From: Ascidiella aspersa
Taxonomy: Eukaryota
Direction: 5' to 3'
Length of the DNA: 64,000 nt
NCBI GenBank assembly: GCA_963924565.1
Contig: OZ004610.1
Span: 8,246,001-8,310,000 of the forward strand
The notes beneath the pieces are model-generated. The model was not told where the DNA came from, searched no databases, and saw nothing but the letters and a program-made list of their open reading frames with translations. Both the position numbers and the translations under genes were made by a program. Shown piece by piece: positions 50,061-63,100 of the stretch (the first letter of the stretch is position 1; each line of letters begins with the position of its first letter).

Positions 50061-53000
50061 ATGTCAAGAGGTGGTAGAGGACGTGGCAGAGGTCGCGGAA
50101 ATGTGACCTTTAATATGGAGTCTATCGGTTTTGGAAGGGGCGATGCTTTGCCACCACCAACTCTTCAACCTCCGCCAAAATATCCCGTAAATTGCATACT
50201 TTTTATATATATTTATTCACTGTCTTTATGTTTGTACCATAGTCAGAACTTTTGATGTTTTCTGGGGATATATCTATGCAGCTTAAAAACCGAAAGCAAA
50301 CATTTGTGTGGCTGTAATAACATTTTTGTAAAATTTCCTCTGCTCTTAATAATTTATATAACAACCAAAAAGAACAAACGCCTCTAGAGTTTGACACTTT
50401 TGATTTACAAATTTTCACAGCTGAATGCATTTCATGAGGATTTTCAACAGTTGAAACATTAATGTCCTATTAAAAATCTCTAGGCATCACAATTCAAGTT
50501 TACTATCTTTATTTATTTTTTATGAAAACAAACGTTGAAACTCTTTTTCTTTTATTTCACATCCTGGAAAACTATGATTGATTGATTGACTGAGGGAGGC
50601 CCTGTCTGTTAATTGTAGTCCATATAAAAGTAATGTTCCGATAGTTATCTTTGGATGTTATTTTTACAGTATATATATAAATAATGGAGATAATATTTTG
50701 GCAAACTTAGATGCAAAGTGAATATTTGATCAATATCAAGTTAATTTAGCAATAATACATGTATTTTCCAATTGAAGTTAATACTTAAGTAGCTTTTAAC
50801 ACCAGGTAATCCGTATTTTGTTTCTAACCACCTGGTTTTGTTTTCTAACCACCTGGACTTTTGACTGCGTAAAATATTTGTATCATTGGCAATTTCGACT
50901 TCCAGAAGTGCTGATCACAGAATACACATTATGCATATGGACATTTCAGTTGTTCATAACCATTGTTTCTTTCTGGAACAGACTAGTGTTGTTTTTTCAG
51001 GCCCTTCGTCAGCCCCCTCTGCCACTGCTTGGTGGAGATGATGTGAATTACATGTTAGCTTTGCACAAGCAGTTTCTTCAGACTAGAAAGTCCTCACCAT
51101 ACTTCATTCAAGCTGAAGAAACAAAAAGTGGCAAGTAGAACACAAATACTCATACTTTCCTGGCATAATATCATGATCAGATATTTTTTGTAAATATTAA
51201 TCACCTATAATGGCGTTATGGATCTATTAATTTAAAATAATCAGTAAAAACAATAGATTCCAAAATCAATAAAAACAATACATTCCAAGTTTATTTACTA
51301 ATTGCAAAGCGCTGCTGAAAAAAAGTTTACAATGTGCTGCTGAAAAAAGTTCTGTGTTTTCACGAATGAGGAACTTAATACTGAGGAACAATAATCAATC
51401 CACTGTTGATCTTTAGTTTGAATTTGTACAATTATCTGGAAAAAAAAAAAAACAAGTTCACCAAAATGCTGGCATGCACTCTGCGAATTCACATCCAAAC
51501 AAATTGTTTTTTATATAATTTAACCTACCTTTCAATTTTGTGGTTTATGCATACATAGTTCTTGAATTGCTGGCCTTAATGGTATACCAGACTAGAATAT
51601 AAATTGGACATTTTACCAATTTTTAATGGATAAGCCTGTATGATTAGCAATTTATGCAAAAATTAATCTGCATTCAGTTTGTGGCGTTTACCAGAATTTG
51701 TTGCAAATTTAGCAGTAGGTCTGATAGCAACTACCCAGTATTACTTTAGGCACCAGCTGGTTGGGTGAATAGGTATCAATTGACACACACCAGAAATGAA
51801 TTACACTCACATTGGCGAGCTTTTTTGCAACTCCTTACACTAATTGTGTTGATGTAACATTATCACATCATTTTTATAGATGTTGAGCGTTACTCTGATA
51901 AATATCGCGCCACTAGAAACACGGACAACACTATTGCGTGGAAGCCAGATTGGAGCAGATTACCAAGAGAGCTCAAAATTGCTGTCAGGTGAGTAAAATC
52001 GATTTAGGCCATAAATTTCAGTAGATTTCATAAATATTTTTTTTATTTTTTTTTTATTTCTTGCAGAAAAAAACGAAAGGCTAGTGCTGCAACTGTAGCA
52101 CCAAACCTTGCTAAGGCCAGAATGAAAAACACAGGTTTGAATAGTAGTTTATATTGTTTTTGCTTCAAAAAAGACATGAAAATAGAACAATATTGATATA
52201 CATATATATATACAGAAAATTCTATTAATATACATATATTCAGCAAATTATGTATGGATTTATTATACGTACCATGTATTTTTTTCTATTTTTTTTTTAA
52301 GGTGCAATAGTGTTATAAATTAAATACTTGTGTTGTTTATTAACCATCCAAGTTTAAAGGCAATAATTTAGGTGAACCCAGATCCTTCTTTTATTACAGA
52401 TGACAGTGAAATTAAAAAGAAGTTGGAAGTTTTGGAAAAGCAAGATGGCAAGGAAGAGGAAGCCAAGAGTGACAAGGTTTCGACTTTTTTTTAATTGTTA
52501 AACTTTTAGTCCTTAAGTTTTGTTCTCTGTCAGTTAAATGCCTGTAAAGGAGATTATTCTATATCTTGCAGTTGCACCAAGGCTGCAGACTTAGTTAAAA
52601 ATAACCTGAGGTCGACCCCTGCCCAATGTGTGATTTTGTCTAGTCTTGAGTCCAAGTCTGACTTTTCATCCAGGATTTCCCGCTTTTACGTAACTAAATT
52701 AAGTTGGATATTTAGCATTTCATTCATAGGGTTGCCATATATTTTGTCCACCCAAAATACATGGTTTAAAAATATACCAACATATGCTATTCGACCTTTA
52801 CAGTATAGCATTATCAGTTTCGAAAATCGGTACTATGCATGCACACGGTGGACTCGCGACTCTGGTAGTCTCAATTATTAATTTCAAATAATTCTAGCGG
52901 ATCCCTTAAGACTTGACACCTTCCACCGTTTTCTCACACCATTGTAAGCTATCCAGAAGTTAGTTTCCTTTAGTTACTCACTTAACGTTTTCTTTTCCTA

Positions 53001-54031
53001 TTATGGTAGAAATCTATGCGTTTTATAGCTAATAATGGCTGAAGTGCATATATCAATTTATTGAATTGAAAAAAAAATGCAAAAGGTTGCGGTCCAACAT
53101 TTTCTCTCGCATTCAAATCAGTATGAAACCACCAACTTAACACCACTCAAATGATTATGTTCTTCGGGTAATATAGTTTCTTAACATAAATTATTGCGTG
53201 AGAAACAAAATCTGTCTTGGAGGCCTATAAGCATACACTGTGATTCATTAAAAAAGGGTAAATAGCTTTGTTTTGACAAGCTGGTGAGAATAAGTAATAG
53301 TGAGGCTGCTTTACATGTGTAATATGTTCAATAAAGTGTTCTATTTAATCTACAATATAATTAAAGCCTTTCTTTTGCTAAAAAATATTTTATGGAGATA
53401 AATCACGGGCCGGATAATATTGCTTAGCGGTTCGGACCTGGTCTGGTCTTAATGCATTCACGGAGATTCCGATAAAACGTTTACAACAGTGTTTCCCAAA
53501 CTGTGTGCAGCGGCACACTAGTGTGCCTCAAGAGATTGTCTACTATGGCACGAAACTTTTTGTAATTTTTGAAAATAAGTTATTTGTATTACCAATAGAC
53601 ATACACGCAAGCATTCTAGACTTAAATACGCACTTACAAATTAATCATATTGAGACATTTACCGTTCATATAGTTTGCCTTGTGTTAAGGGCGATTGTAA
53701 GACAACTCAATTGTTGTTGTATTAAAAGTGTGCCGCGAAAATATTAAAGATATCTTCAGTGTGCCGCGAGCCAAAAAAACACTGGTTTACAAGAAAATAT
53801 TTTTTTTTAAGAAATTATATATTTTTTAAATTACAGTTGGCTATCTTAAAATTTTTCTTCATGATTCAGGAAGGTGAAGACTCGGACGCAGGAGAGGAAG
53901 TGGTGGTGGAAGAAGACGAAGAAGAAAACGAGGAGGAGAACGACTACCTTTCCTCCTACTTCGACAACGGCGAGACGTACTTGGACGAAGAAGAAGACAA
54001 TTTGGACGACAAAGACGGCGGGATTTACTGA
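50061..54031 (+). CDS. POLR3G: RNA polymerase III subunit RPC7 (POLR3G/POLR3GL family). Exons 50061-50186, 51001-51130, 51880-51988, 52067-52134, 52400-52476, 53870-54031
   Basis: MSRGGRGRGRG...TFNMESIGFGRGDALPPPTLQPPPKYP, SPYFI...DVERYSDKY...DWSRLPRELK and acidic tail ENDYLSSYFDNGETYLD...GGIY are RPC7/C31 signatures. All junctions are in phase (intron 2 probably GC-AG). Confidence 0.93.
53487..53784. mobile_element. hAT (Charlie/Buster-type) MITE, 298 bp, in POLR3G intron 5
   Basis: CAGTGTTTCCCAAACTGTGTG ... GTGTGCCGCG ... AAACACTG; perfect TSD GTTTACAA (53479-53486, 53785-53792). Confidence 0.88.
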
Positions 54032-55404
54032 CAAGAGATTACTCGGATACAAGGCAGGTTTAAGTTGAAGAGAGAGTTTTTGTTCTTTGGTTAGGAGGGA
54101 GAGTTTAACTGTTGATTCCGAGTTTATCGTAAACTGGATAAGTGTAGAGAAAGCGTGAATAACGTGCATGTACGCTGGGTACATCATGTAACTTTGCTTG
54201 ACCGTGTGCATACAACGAGGAACAGGTGGCGATTTATGTTCATTTGACATAAACTTGTGTGGTCTAACAAAGAGAATGCAATGAATACGAACTACAATGT
54301 TCTTATGACAGATGCAAGCGAACTGTGGCCTTACAATAAATGCCAACTACTATGAACCTACATAACGCACCACTGTGGCTTAACAAAGTTACGAACTAAC
54401 ATGACTCGACAAAGAACGAACCTACCGTGGCCTTAAATGTGTATATGCTAATGTTCTGCAGTGTTCAGAACTCAACCATAACCATAACATTAACAAAATA
54501 TACTTGTCTTGGTTGCATTTTACGCTAACTACTTGAAATGACACTTAAAACACGACTTTAAACTGTACATTTTAAGTGAAAAATGAAAGACTCTATGTTA
54601 AAAATTATCACCCTAAAAACTCTTCATAATATAAAACAATTGATTTCCTAGTGTCTTTGCAATTTGTATGATAGCTGATTATCCAGAAAACATAACCAGA
54701 ACAAACCTTGTGCTTTCAGTCAATGTTGGCTTTTGTTTATGCAATATATAAAAATATACTTTCAATTGCATTGACTATTTGTTTTTAAGTTTACACTTTA
54801 TTAGCGGACATGAAGCTTGGCAGTTAACGAAGTGTTACAAGTTTGGTTAATTAAAATACCAATTGAGTGAAAAAAACACGCCATCAAATACGCGTCAAAA
54901 CGCGCATCGTCATAAGTGTATCGTAATGCGGATCAGGGAAGAAGGAAAAGTACTAAAAGAGTTTAGATTACATCTTCATTTGCTTTCAACAGACTAATTA
55001 TATGTACAGATGTTAAATTTTCGTTTTACAAAATTGGCAATTGTAGGTAACGTACATTTCAAACAAGCAAGAAGGAGATGCATTGTTAGCGCGAGAGTAC
55101 CGAGCAATATTGTTGGTGCACTTAAAATATGAAGTTCAGACACAGTGAAGTTGATCGCTTTTAGCGCCGTCGGTCGTTTTACGACGTCATAGACGCCGCT
55201 ATCTTGTTCGCGCCTCGTCCCTCACGGTGAATGACGTCATGGGCGCGTTGTGTGTCGTCATAACTCCTGGGAACGAATGAAAAGGTTGGAAGGTTTTGAG
55301 TTTTGCGTGAAGAAATCTCGCCAATCATTTTGATGGAATACAAATCTACGTTTCAGGAAAGTTTGGCTATTGCTTATTGTAAGACAGTAGGAGTGCTGGA
55401 TTGC

Positions 55405-55858
55405 TGGTGTTGCAAAAGTCATTTTAAAATGACTTAATTTCTCGGATAATTTATTAAAAATATAAAAGTTCAAGTCAAGTTATATGCGTAAAAAAAAGAA
55501 AAAAAAGTAAAAATCCTGGTCCAAGTCGTCAACTACCCTAGCCAAGTCATTGACTTGAAAATAAAACGTTAAAATATTAAAATTGGTAAACTAGTCAGTG
55601 TATTAGCAATATCTTTAATAATAGATAAGAAAAAACGAAACATATACTAATCAAATTGTTATATGTACAAAAATTGAGATAAATAACTAATTTAATCAAA
55701 AACTATTTAATGAAAATAATTAATTTTAGTTATTTGACACAGTGACTTAAGTCCAAGTCAAGTCCTTCGTCCAAACAACTTAAGTCAAGTCAATTGATTT
55801 TGCCAAAAAAATAAGTCAAGTCGTTTGACAACTGTGACTTAGCGCAATTACAGCACTG
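55405..55858. mobile_element. hAT-like family B element with AAGTC subterminal arrays
   Basis: TGGTGTTGCAA ... TTACAGCACTG ends; many AAGTC repeats at 55470-55555 and 55745-55825; no clear TSD. Confidence 0.55.
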
Positions 55859-56023
55859 GAGAATTCTGAATATAACATTGCTATTTAACCGTGAACATTG
55901 CTATTTAACCGTGAATTGTGAATTTGATACCGTTTGACGAAACTATTTCTCACAAAATATTGCGTTTCCGGCTCAAAAATATGTTTGGACTTTCGATCGC
56001 CATTTTGGAATTTGTCTTTAAGT

Positions 56024-56333
56024 CAGGGGTTCCTAAACTTTTTTTACCGCGGACCTCTAATAAAATTTTTTTGGGCTTCGCGTGAACCACGATAGGCAAA
56101 CAAAATAAAAAAATACGTCATAAATTGACGTTACAATACAACTAAACTTCATAAATCTGTTGATTTCGGTCTAAAAAAGTAGAATGAAATGGAGTCTAAA
56201 CACAGTCAGTGCAAAACCGTTTTGTTTTTAATTAAACTGCATGCTTTCTCTAAAAAAGGATTACTTTTGACGTATACACTAATATTTTAATTAGGCCTTC
56301 ATGGACCCCTAAAACTACCTATTGAAGACACCG
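56024..56333. mobile_element. Degenerate hAT-like MITE
   Basis: CAGGGGTTCCTAAACTTTTTT...CGCGGACC start and CATGGACCCCT...TGAAGACACC end, typical of Charlie-type MITEs; TSD not found. Confidence 0.4.
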
Positions 56334-57134
56334 GTGGAACACAAAACCTTACATGGGACGTTGTAGCCTAACTAAACAGACTTTTCACATACTACAACAC
56401 AAACGTTCAACGGGCCAAAAAGTAATACCACAAATCACCGTTAGTGTTGTCCGAAACTACATTTGTCCCGCTAAAGCAGGCATGCAAGCAAAGCGAAGTC
56501 GAATCAGCAGCAGCAAAACGACGAACCTATGTTTGAACCGTTCAGCCCTGTTTCACCTAACGTTAACAAGCCATGCACATGCTGTTCCCGTGTCAATCGT
56601 TTGTATGGTGCTGAACGTACTGGCGGTCTGTTGTAAAATAGGATGAACACAAATTGTATAACAGAGAGTTAGCGTGGCGAACAACGCGCTTGCAAAGAGT
56701 TCTAAAATGAACCGTTACTAGATAAATTTTGCTGTTACAACATGCATTTACGAGGTATCAGTAAAGTGATAAGAGCTAGGTAAGGAAAGTACTGTTTCGC
56801 TATAAACATAAGTAATGATGTTATGTATCGCGAAAAGTCTTAAGTAACGTAAGCGGTTATTAAACTGGCACTTTATTCGTCATGTGGAACGCATATATTT
56901 GTAATATATGTGTTTCTGAAAACAATGATTGTTTAGTACAGTAGCATCTGTTTTGCCGAACAACTTGCAGCCAAATCTTGCAGTGACAAGATATCGGCAA
57001 ACTAAATGCAGTTGAAAACTGTTTCAAATAATAATTGTTTATATATTCAAGTGCTGCACTTGCTTTCGGCAACCAAGCGAGTTATTTTGCCCCATTTGTT
57101 AGCAATACCTTGCGCACAGCGCCGGGCGCGAAAG

Positions 57135-60100
57135 CTACTTTGCCGTCTTTGGAAGCACTGAGATGTGGAACTGTTGATTCGGTTTGCTCGATATCGACGA
57201 TCTGTGGTGGTAATACCGAGACCCTCCTTCTTTCTTTCGCTCGTATTCGACAACCACGCGCTGGTCCAAAGCCCGTTGCGGCATCGCGTAGAGAACGGGG
57301 TGGTCAAGCGTCGTGACGCCATTTCGTGACGTCATCGATTTTGATGACGTCAAAACGTTGCTTGACGAATCGGATAAAAGATGCTTCGGTTTCGGAGGAA
57401 CTGCTGGTTTTGGTTTGTTTTTAAGTGACGCTGCTTGGTTGGCTGCCGAATTTGAGTTTTGTATTGATGACGTCACTGATTTTTTGCGCTGTGATGACGT
57501 CACTATTGATTTCTGTATTGACGTAGCCTGGGTTTTGTTTGCAGATGAAGTCGTGTTGTTGGAATACGCCACATTTCCGTTTGCTGAAGCCGACCATTTT
57601 CTTGTAGGTATTAAATCCTGCGTGAAATTGTGATTTATTGACGTCACCGAACCTTTACGCAATGATGACGTTGCACCTGCGGAGTTGACAGACGCCCCGG
57701 GAGCTTTGCGATTTGACGCTGTCACCAAAGGATTATTTGATGCTTGCACGTTTGAACTTTTTGAAAAGGAATTTCGGTCAGTCCTGCTGTGAGATGTTGC
57801 GCTGTTTGTTGGAGAAATACAAACTTTGGTCGTGTCTGACCTGTGGTCATGTTGTAATATCGACACATTAATATCAGTTTTATTCTGTGTCGTGATAGAT
57901 TTTCGACGTTCCGATGTTGAGTTTGTCGACTCTTTCAAAGTCTGATTGGGTGGCGCGATGATCGAATTTTTTGTTAAAAATTGCGGCACAGCAGGACTGT
58001 TGTGGCTTGCCGAGAAACCTGCCTTTTTAGCTGCAATTGGTACAGGCCGAACTTTGCTGGTTTTTGAAATGTTAAAGGTTGGTGATGATGGACTTGTACT
58101 TTGGTGTTCCAATTTGTTGCTTTGAGGTGGATCAATATTTTGGGAAGACGGATTTTGGTTTGGCATTGGCGAATTTTCATTTTGCATTGACGGACTTACA
58201 ATTTGTGTTGACGTCGGTATTTTGGTGTTTTGGGACGTAGCAGAATTGAGTAACGATAGGTTTTGAACTGGAAAAAATGTTTTTTCATTTTGCAGAGTTT
58301 GATTATAACTTTGTGAAGATATACTTGAGTTATTCAATGGCGTATTTTGATTATCTGAAGAACGATTTTGATTTATCACTGAGGATTTTCCATTTTGGAA
58401 TGGTGCATCAGGATTTTGCGAGAACTTATTGAAATCACGATACGATTTACTGTTGTCGTCGCCCGAGGTGGTCGCAGAACTATCATTTCCATGAGATAAA
58501 GGACCCTTTCCAGTGGCATTATTAGTGCCATCTGTCACTGCGGTCTGTTTTATGCGATAGGATGACAGCGTTCGGTTTCTTTTGCTGAAGTTTCGTTTGG
58601 GTGGAACGGGCCGGCTTGCTCGCATGGCTCGTTCCTGGGAAACAAGAGGAGCCATGCTCTCAATGGCTGCTTCCGTGTCTTTGCCTTTGAAATGGTTGCT
58701 GTGCTCATCATCCATATGCTTAGCAGCCTTGACGGAGTCTTTAATGGTTGTATTCTCTTTCACTCCAGCAGTGTCGTTGGATGTATCTGCGCGTTCAAGA
58801 GTATTGATGTGTTGTTTTTGTACCCTAATCCTGTCTTTTACATCGTATATGGAGTTTCTTGGTTGGTTTTGTATAGGAAAGCTGTCTTTCACATCGTGTA
58901 GTGAATTTCTTGGTTGGTTTTGTATATCAAAGCTGCTTTTCTCATCGTATAGTGAATTTCCATGTTGGTCTGGTATATTGGTACTGTCTTTCTCATCGTA
59001 TAGTGAATTTCTTGGTTGGTTTTGTATATCAAAGCTGCCTTTCCCATCGTATAGTGAATTTTTATGTTGGTCTGGTATATTGGTACTGTCTTTCTCATCG
59101 TATAGTGAATTGCTTGGTTGGTTTTGTATATTAAAGCTGTTTTTCACGTCGTATAGTGAATTTCCAAGTTGGTTCTGTATATTGTTACTGTCTTTGACAT
59201 CGTTTAGTAAATTTATTGATTGGTTTTGTATATTACTGTCGTTCACATCGTATACGGAGTTTCTTGTTTGGTCTGGTGTATTGGTACTGTCTTTCACATC
59301 GTTTAGTGAATTTATTGATTGGTTTTGTAGATTAAAGCTGTCTTTCCCATCGTATAGTGAATTTCTTGATTGGTTTTGTATATCGGAACTGTCTTTCCCA
59401 TCGTATAGTGAATTTCTTGATTGGTTTTGTATATCGGATCTGTCTTTCGCGTCGTATACGGAGTTTCTTGTTTGGTTTTGTATACCGGAACTGTCTTTCC
59501 CATCGTGTAGTGAATTTCTTGATTGGTTTTGTATATTACTGTCGTTCATATCGTATACGGAGTTTCTTGTTTGGTCTGGTATATTGGTACTGTCTTTCAC
59601 ATCGTTTAGTGAATTTATTGATTGGTTTTGTAGATTAAAGCTGTCTTTCCCATCGTATAGTGAATTTCTTGATTGGTTTTGTATATCGGAACTGTGTTTC
59701 CCATCGTATAGTGAATTTCTTGTTTGGTTTTGTATATCGGAACTGTCTTTCGCGTCGTATACGGAGTTTCTTGTTTGGATTTGTATATCGGAACTGTCTT
59801 GCTCATCGTATAGTGAATTTCTTGATTGGTTTTGTATATTACTGTCGTTCATATCGTATACGGAGTTTCTTGTTTGGATTTGTATATCGGAACTGTCTTT
59901 CCCATCGTATAGTGAATTTCTTGATTGGTTTTGTATATCGGAACTGTCTTTCCCATCGTATAGTGAATTTCTTGATTGGTTTTGTATATCGGATCTGTCT
60001 TTCGCGTCGTATACGGAGTTTCTTGTTTGGTTTTGTATACCGGAACTGTCTTTCCCATCGTGTAGTGAATTTCTTGATTGGTTTTGTATATTACTGTCGT

Positions 60101-63100
60101 TCATATCGTATACGGAGTTTCTTGTTTGGTCTGGTATATTGGTACTGTCTTTCACATCGTTTAGTGAATTTATTGATTGGTTTTGTAGATTAAAGCTGTC
60201 TTTCCCATCGTATAGTGAATTTCTTGATTGGTTTTGTATATCGGAACTGTGTTTCCCATCGTATAGTGAATTTCTTGTTTGGTTTTGTATATCGGAACTG
60301 TCTTTCGCGTCGTATACGGAGTTTCTTGTTTGGTTTTGTATACCGGAACTGTCTTTCCCATCGTGTAGTGAATTTCTTGATTGGTTTTGTATATTACTGT
60401 CGTTCATATCGTATACGGAGTTTCTTGTTTGGTCTGGTATATTGGTACTGTCTTTCACATCGTTTAGTGAATTTATTGATTGGTTTTGTAGATTAAAGCT
60501 GTCTTTCCCATCGTATAGTGAATTTCTTGATTGGTTTTGTATATCCGAACTGTGTTTCCCATCGTATAGTGAATTTCTTGTTTGGTTTTGTATATCGGAA
60601 CTGTCTTTCGCGTCGTATACGGAGTTTCTTGTTTGGATTTGTATATCGGAACTGTCTTGCTCATCGTATAGTGAATTTCCTGATTGGTTTTGTATATTAA
60701 AGATATCTTTCCCATCGTGTAGTGAATTGCTTGGTTGGTTTTGTATATCAAAGCTGTCTTTCACATCGTATAGTGAATTTCCAAGCTGGTTCTGTATATT
60801 AGTACTGTCTTTCACATCGTTTAGTGGGTTTCTCGATTGGTTTTGTATATCAGAACTGTCTTTCACATCGTCTTTGTTATTACCAACATTCCACATTTTG
60901 GGCGAACTTGTAGTCGTTGAATTCGCATATGTTTCAGCAGTAATTTGACTGGAAGTAGTAAAGTTTTCCCCTTGGTTTTGTGTTGGCGCAGAAACGTTGT
61001 TAAAAGTTGCATTGCCCACTTCGTTGTCAAGGTTTGATGTGAAGTTGTTAGCTTGGTCAAAAATGGCTTTGTTTTGTGTAGATGCAGAGTTGTTTTTAAA
61101 AGTTTTATTGACTAATTTATTATTTTGGCTTGATGTGATGTTGTAGCTTGAAATGATAAAGTTTTGATTCTGCACCTGTGGTGAATGGACATTCCCTGCT
61201 GTGCCACTTGCATTGATATGACCGATATCTTGCGCAAATCCACTTTTAAGCCCTGCTGATTTTTGTTCAGCAAAATTCGCATCCACGCTTCGTGTTAAAG
61301 TTGCGCCATTTCCCGCGGTTGACATTGCGCTGTTCGCAAGTATGCTTGCCGTGGTTTGCGATATCGGCAATTTTCCTTCTCTGTGTAACGCATTTGATGC
61401 ACGACGATTGGAGACAAAAGATAGATGCGATACGCTGCCCGGACCGAAACTATGTGCAGATTGGCCATTAAAGGCAAGTGCTGTTGCTGTGTCACCAGCT
61501 TTGGACACATTGCCATAACTTAAGCTCTCAGTGCCATGGTTTAAGACGCCAGGACCCACCAGAGATGAATGAAGCTTCTCGCTGCGATGTTTACCCGCAG
61601 CAACTTTGACAACCGGCAAGCTCGTGCGTCTATAGTCGGCACTTTTATTCTCGGCAGGTTCTCCACGTGACGATAAACCAGAACCGTTTAGCAGAATTCT
61701 CTTGGATGTGGCCGCTTTTCCGTCGTATCCGTCGTCAAGAATAATTGTAGCCTTTCCGGGCGTTTTGGATGCATTGGCTGCCGCGCTGACAAAGAGTGGT
61801 GCTTGTTGCGATGCCAACGGCCTTACGCTGTTTGTGACTGTTTCTGTGTGTTCCATATCGATTATGTCGAGAAGATTGCCATTCGCTGTTGATTAAAAAG
61901 TAAAAGGGATGCAAGCTTTCAAGAATCGCATCACAATTTTTAGTTGGTTTAAGTGGTGATCTTTTTAGCATAAAATAATCGCTTCAATCAATATTTTTTC
62001 GATAATCATGGTTAATTTTAAACAAAAACTAAATAAAAAATCATAATTGGCAAGTCCAGTCAATCATAAATCCACACCACATAATTTTTGTTAAAATAAA
62101 CTATTCAGAAATCAAATATAAGAAACTCTGAGTTTATTAGTTACTAAGAATTTGGCAATTTCTAATAAACAAAGAAATCATTTATCAGGAATTTAAAATC
62201 AAAGATCACTGGAGTCCAATCAATGACTACAGGATTAAAACAATACTTTTTTGCAAAAAGATTACAATCAGCGTGTTTGAACACAAGGGCTGCCGGCGCA
62301 AGCAATGGAAGCGCAAGCACTTGCTGAGTGGTCAGCTTATTTTGACGCACTACTAACCTGCAAATTCCGAACCTCATTGCTATTCTATTTCGCTTTTGGG
62401 CACCGGATCCTTTCTAAGTTAAACAAATAACAATTTTTTAGTCTTTTTAACGTTAGATAATTGGATTAGAGCAACGCCCATGTAGCGCCGGCAGCCCCAA
62501 TTGTTCTCATTACCGGTTTCTTATTTTAAAACGCTTTCCTACCTCCTCCCAAATCCACCCGCGACCTCTCGATTTCTACGGGCAAGGAGTAACCTTTGGA
62601 GCTGCGGGAACGCAAATAAGCCCTTCTCCGCCTTAAAAAGTGCAAATCGTGTCATTGCATATACAAGTTTCAGTTCAAAATGTAGATAGCCATTCGTTTA
62701 AAAAGTGTTTTTTGCCAAGATTCGAACTTGCGCCCGTGGGAATACGCGACCGCTGTGTTACCGACTAAGTTATCAAGCTTGCGCTTTGAGATCCAGAAAT
62801 GAATCATATCTACCTTCACGTCTGTTGTTTCATAAAACGAATAACTTTATGTTTTATTCACGCTGCGCTTGTTATATTACTCGTCTATCCAACGTTAGTG
62901 AATGGTGTTTAAATAAATTTATTTCGTGTCCACTTCTCTACGAATGTATAGAATAGTTTCATTTACTGCCTTGTATATGAAATTTGTTTTGACTGTATAA
63001 AAAACCAAAAAAAAAGTATGACTGGCAATACTTCGCTACTGTTCAAACCAGTGATTCTTCCTGTAAGCATAAACTTTGAGGATTTTACAGTGGTAATTAT

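Noticed and set aside
57047-57322. Alternative-frame ORF at the end of the membrane protein (possible frameshift)
   Set aside because: The main frame ends normally and carries plausible motifs (VLYAMP); nothing supports the other frame.
58830-60870. Regular ~51-bp periodicity as a possible CRISPR array
   Set aside because: No unique spacers and no cas genes; eukaryotic context; the units are in-frame coding repeats.
58582-60948. 788-aa Trp/Phe/Cys-rich ORF on the + strand
   Set aside because: It is the antisense shadow of the in-frame 51/48-bp coding repeat; one stop-free unit keeps the whole array open. It starts at TTG and ends just outside the repeat.
62162-62413. Possible extra exon or 71-aa ORF between the juxtamembrane and terminal exons
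   Set aside because: Its best donor gives phase 2, incompatible with the phase-1 terminal exon; the direct 62543-61885 join is already in frame.
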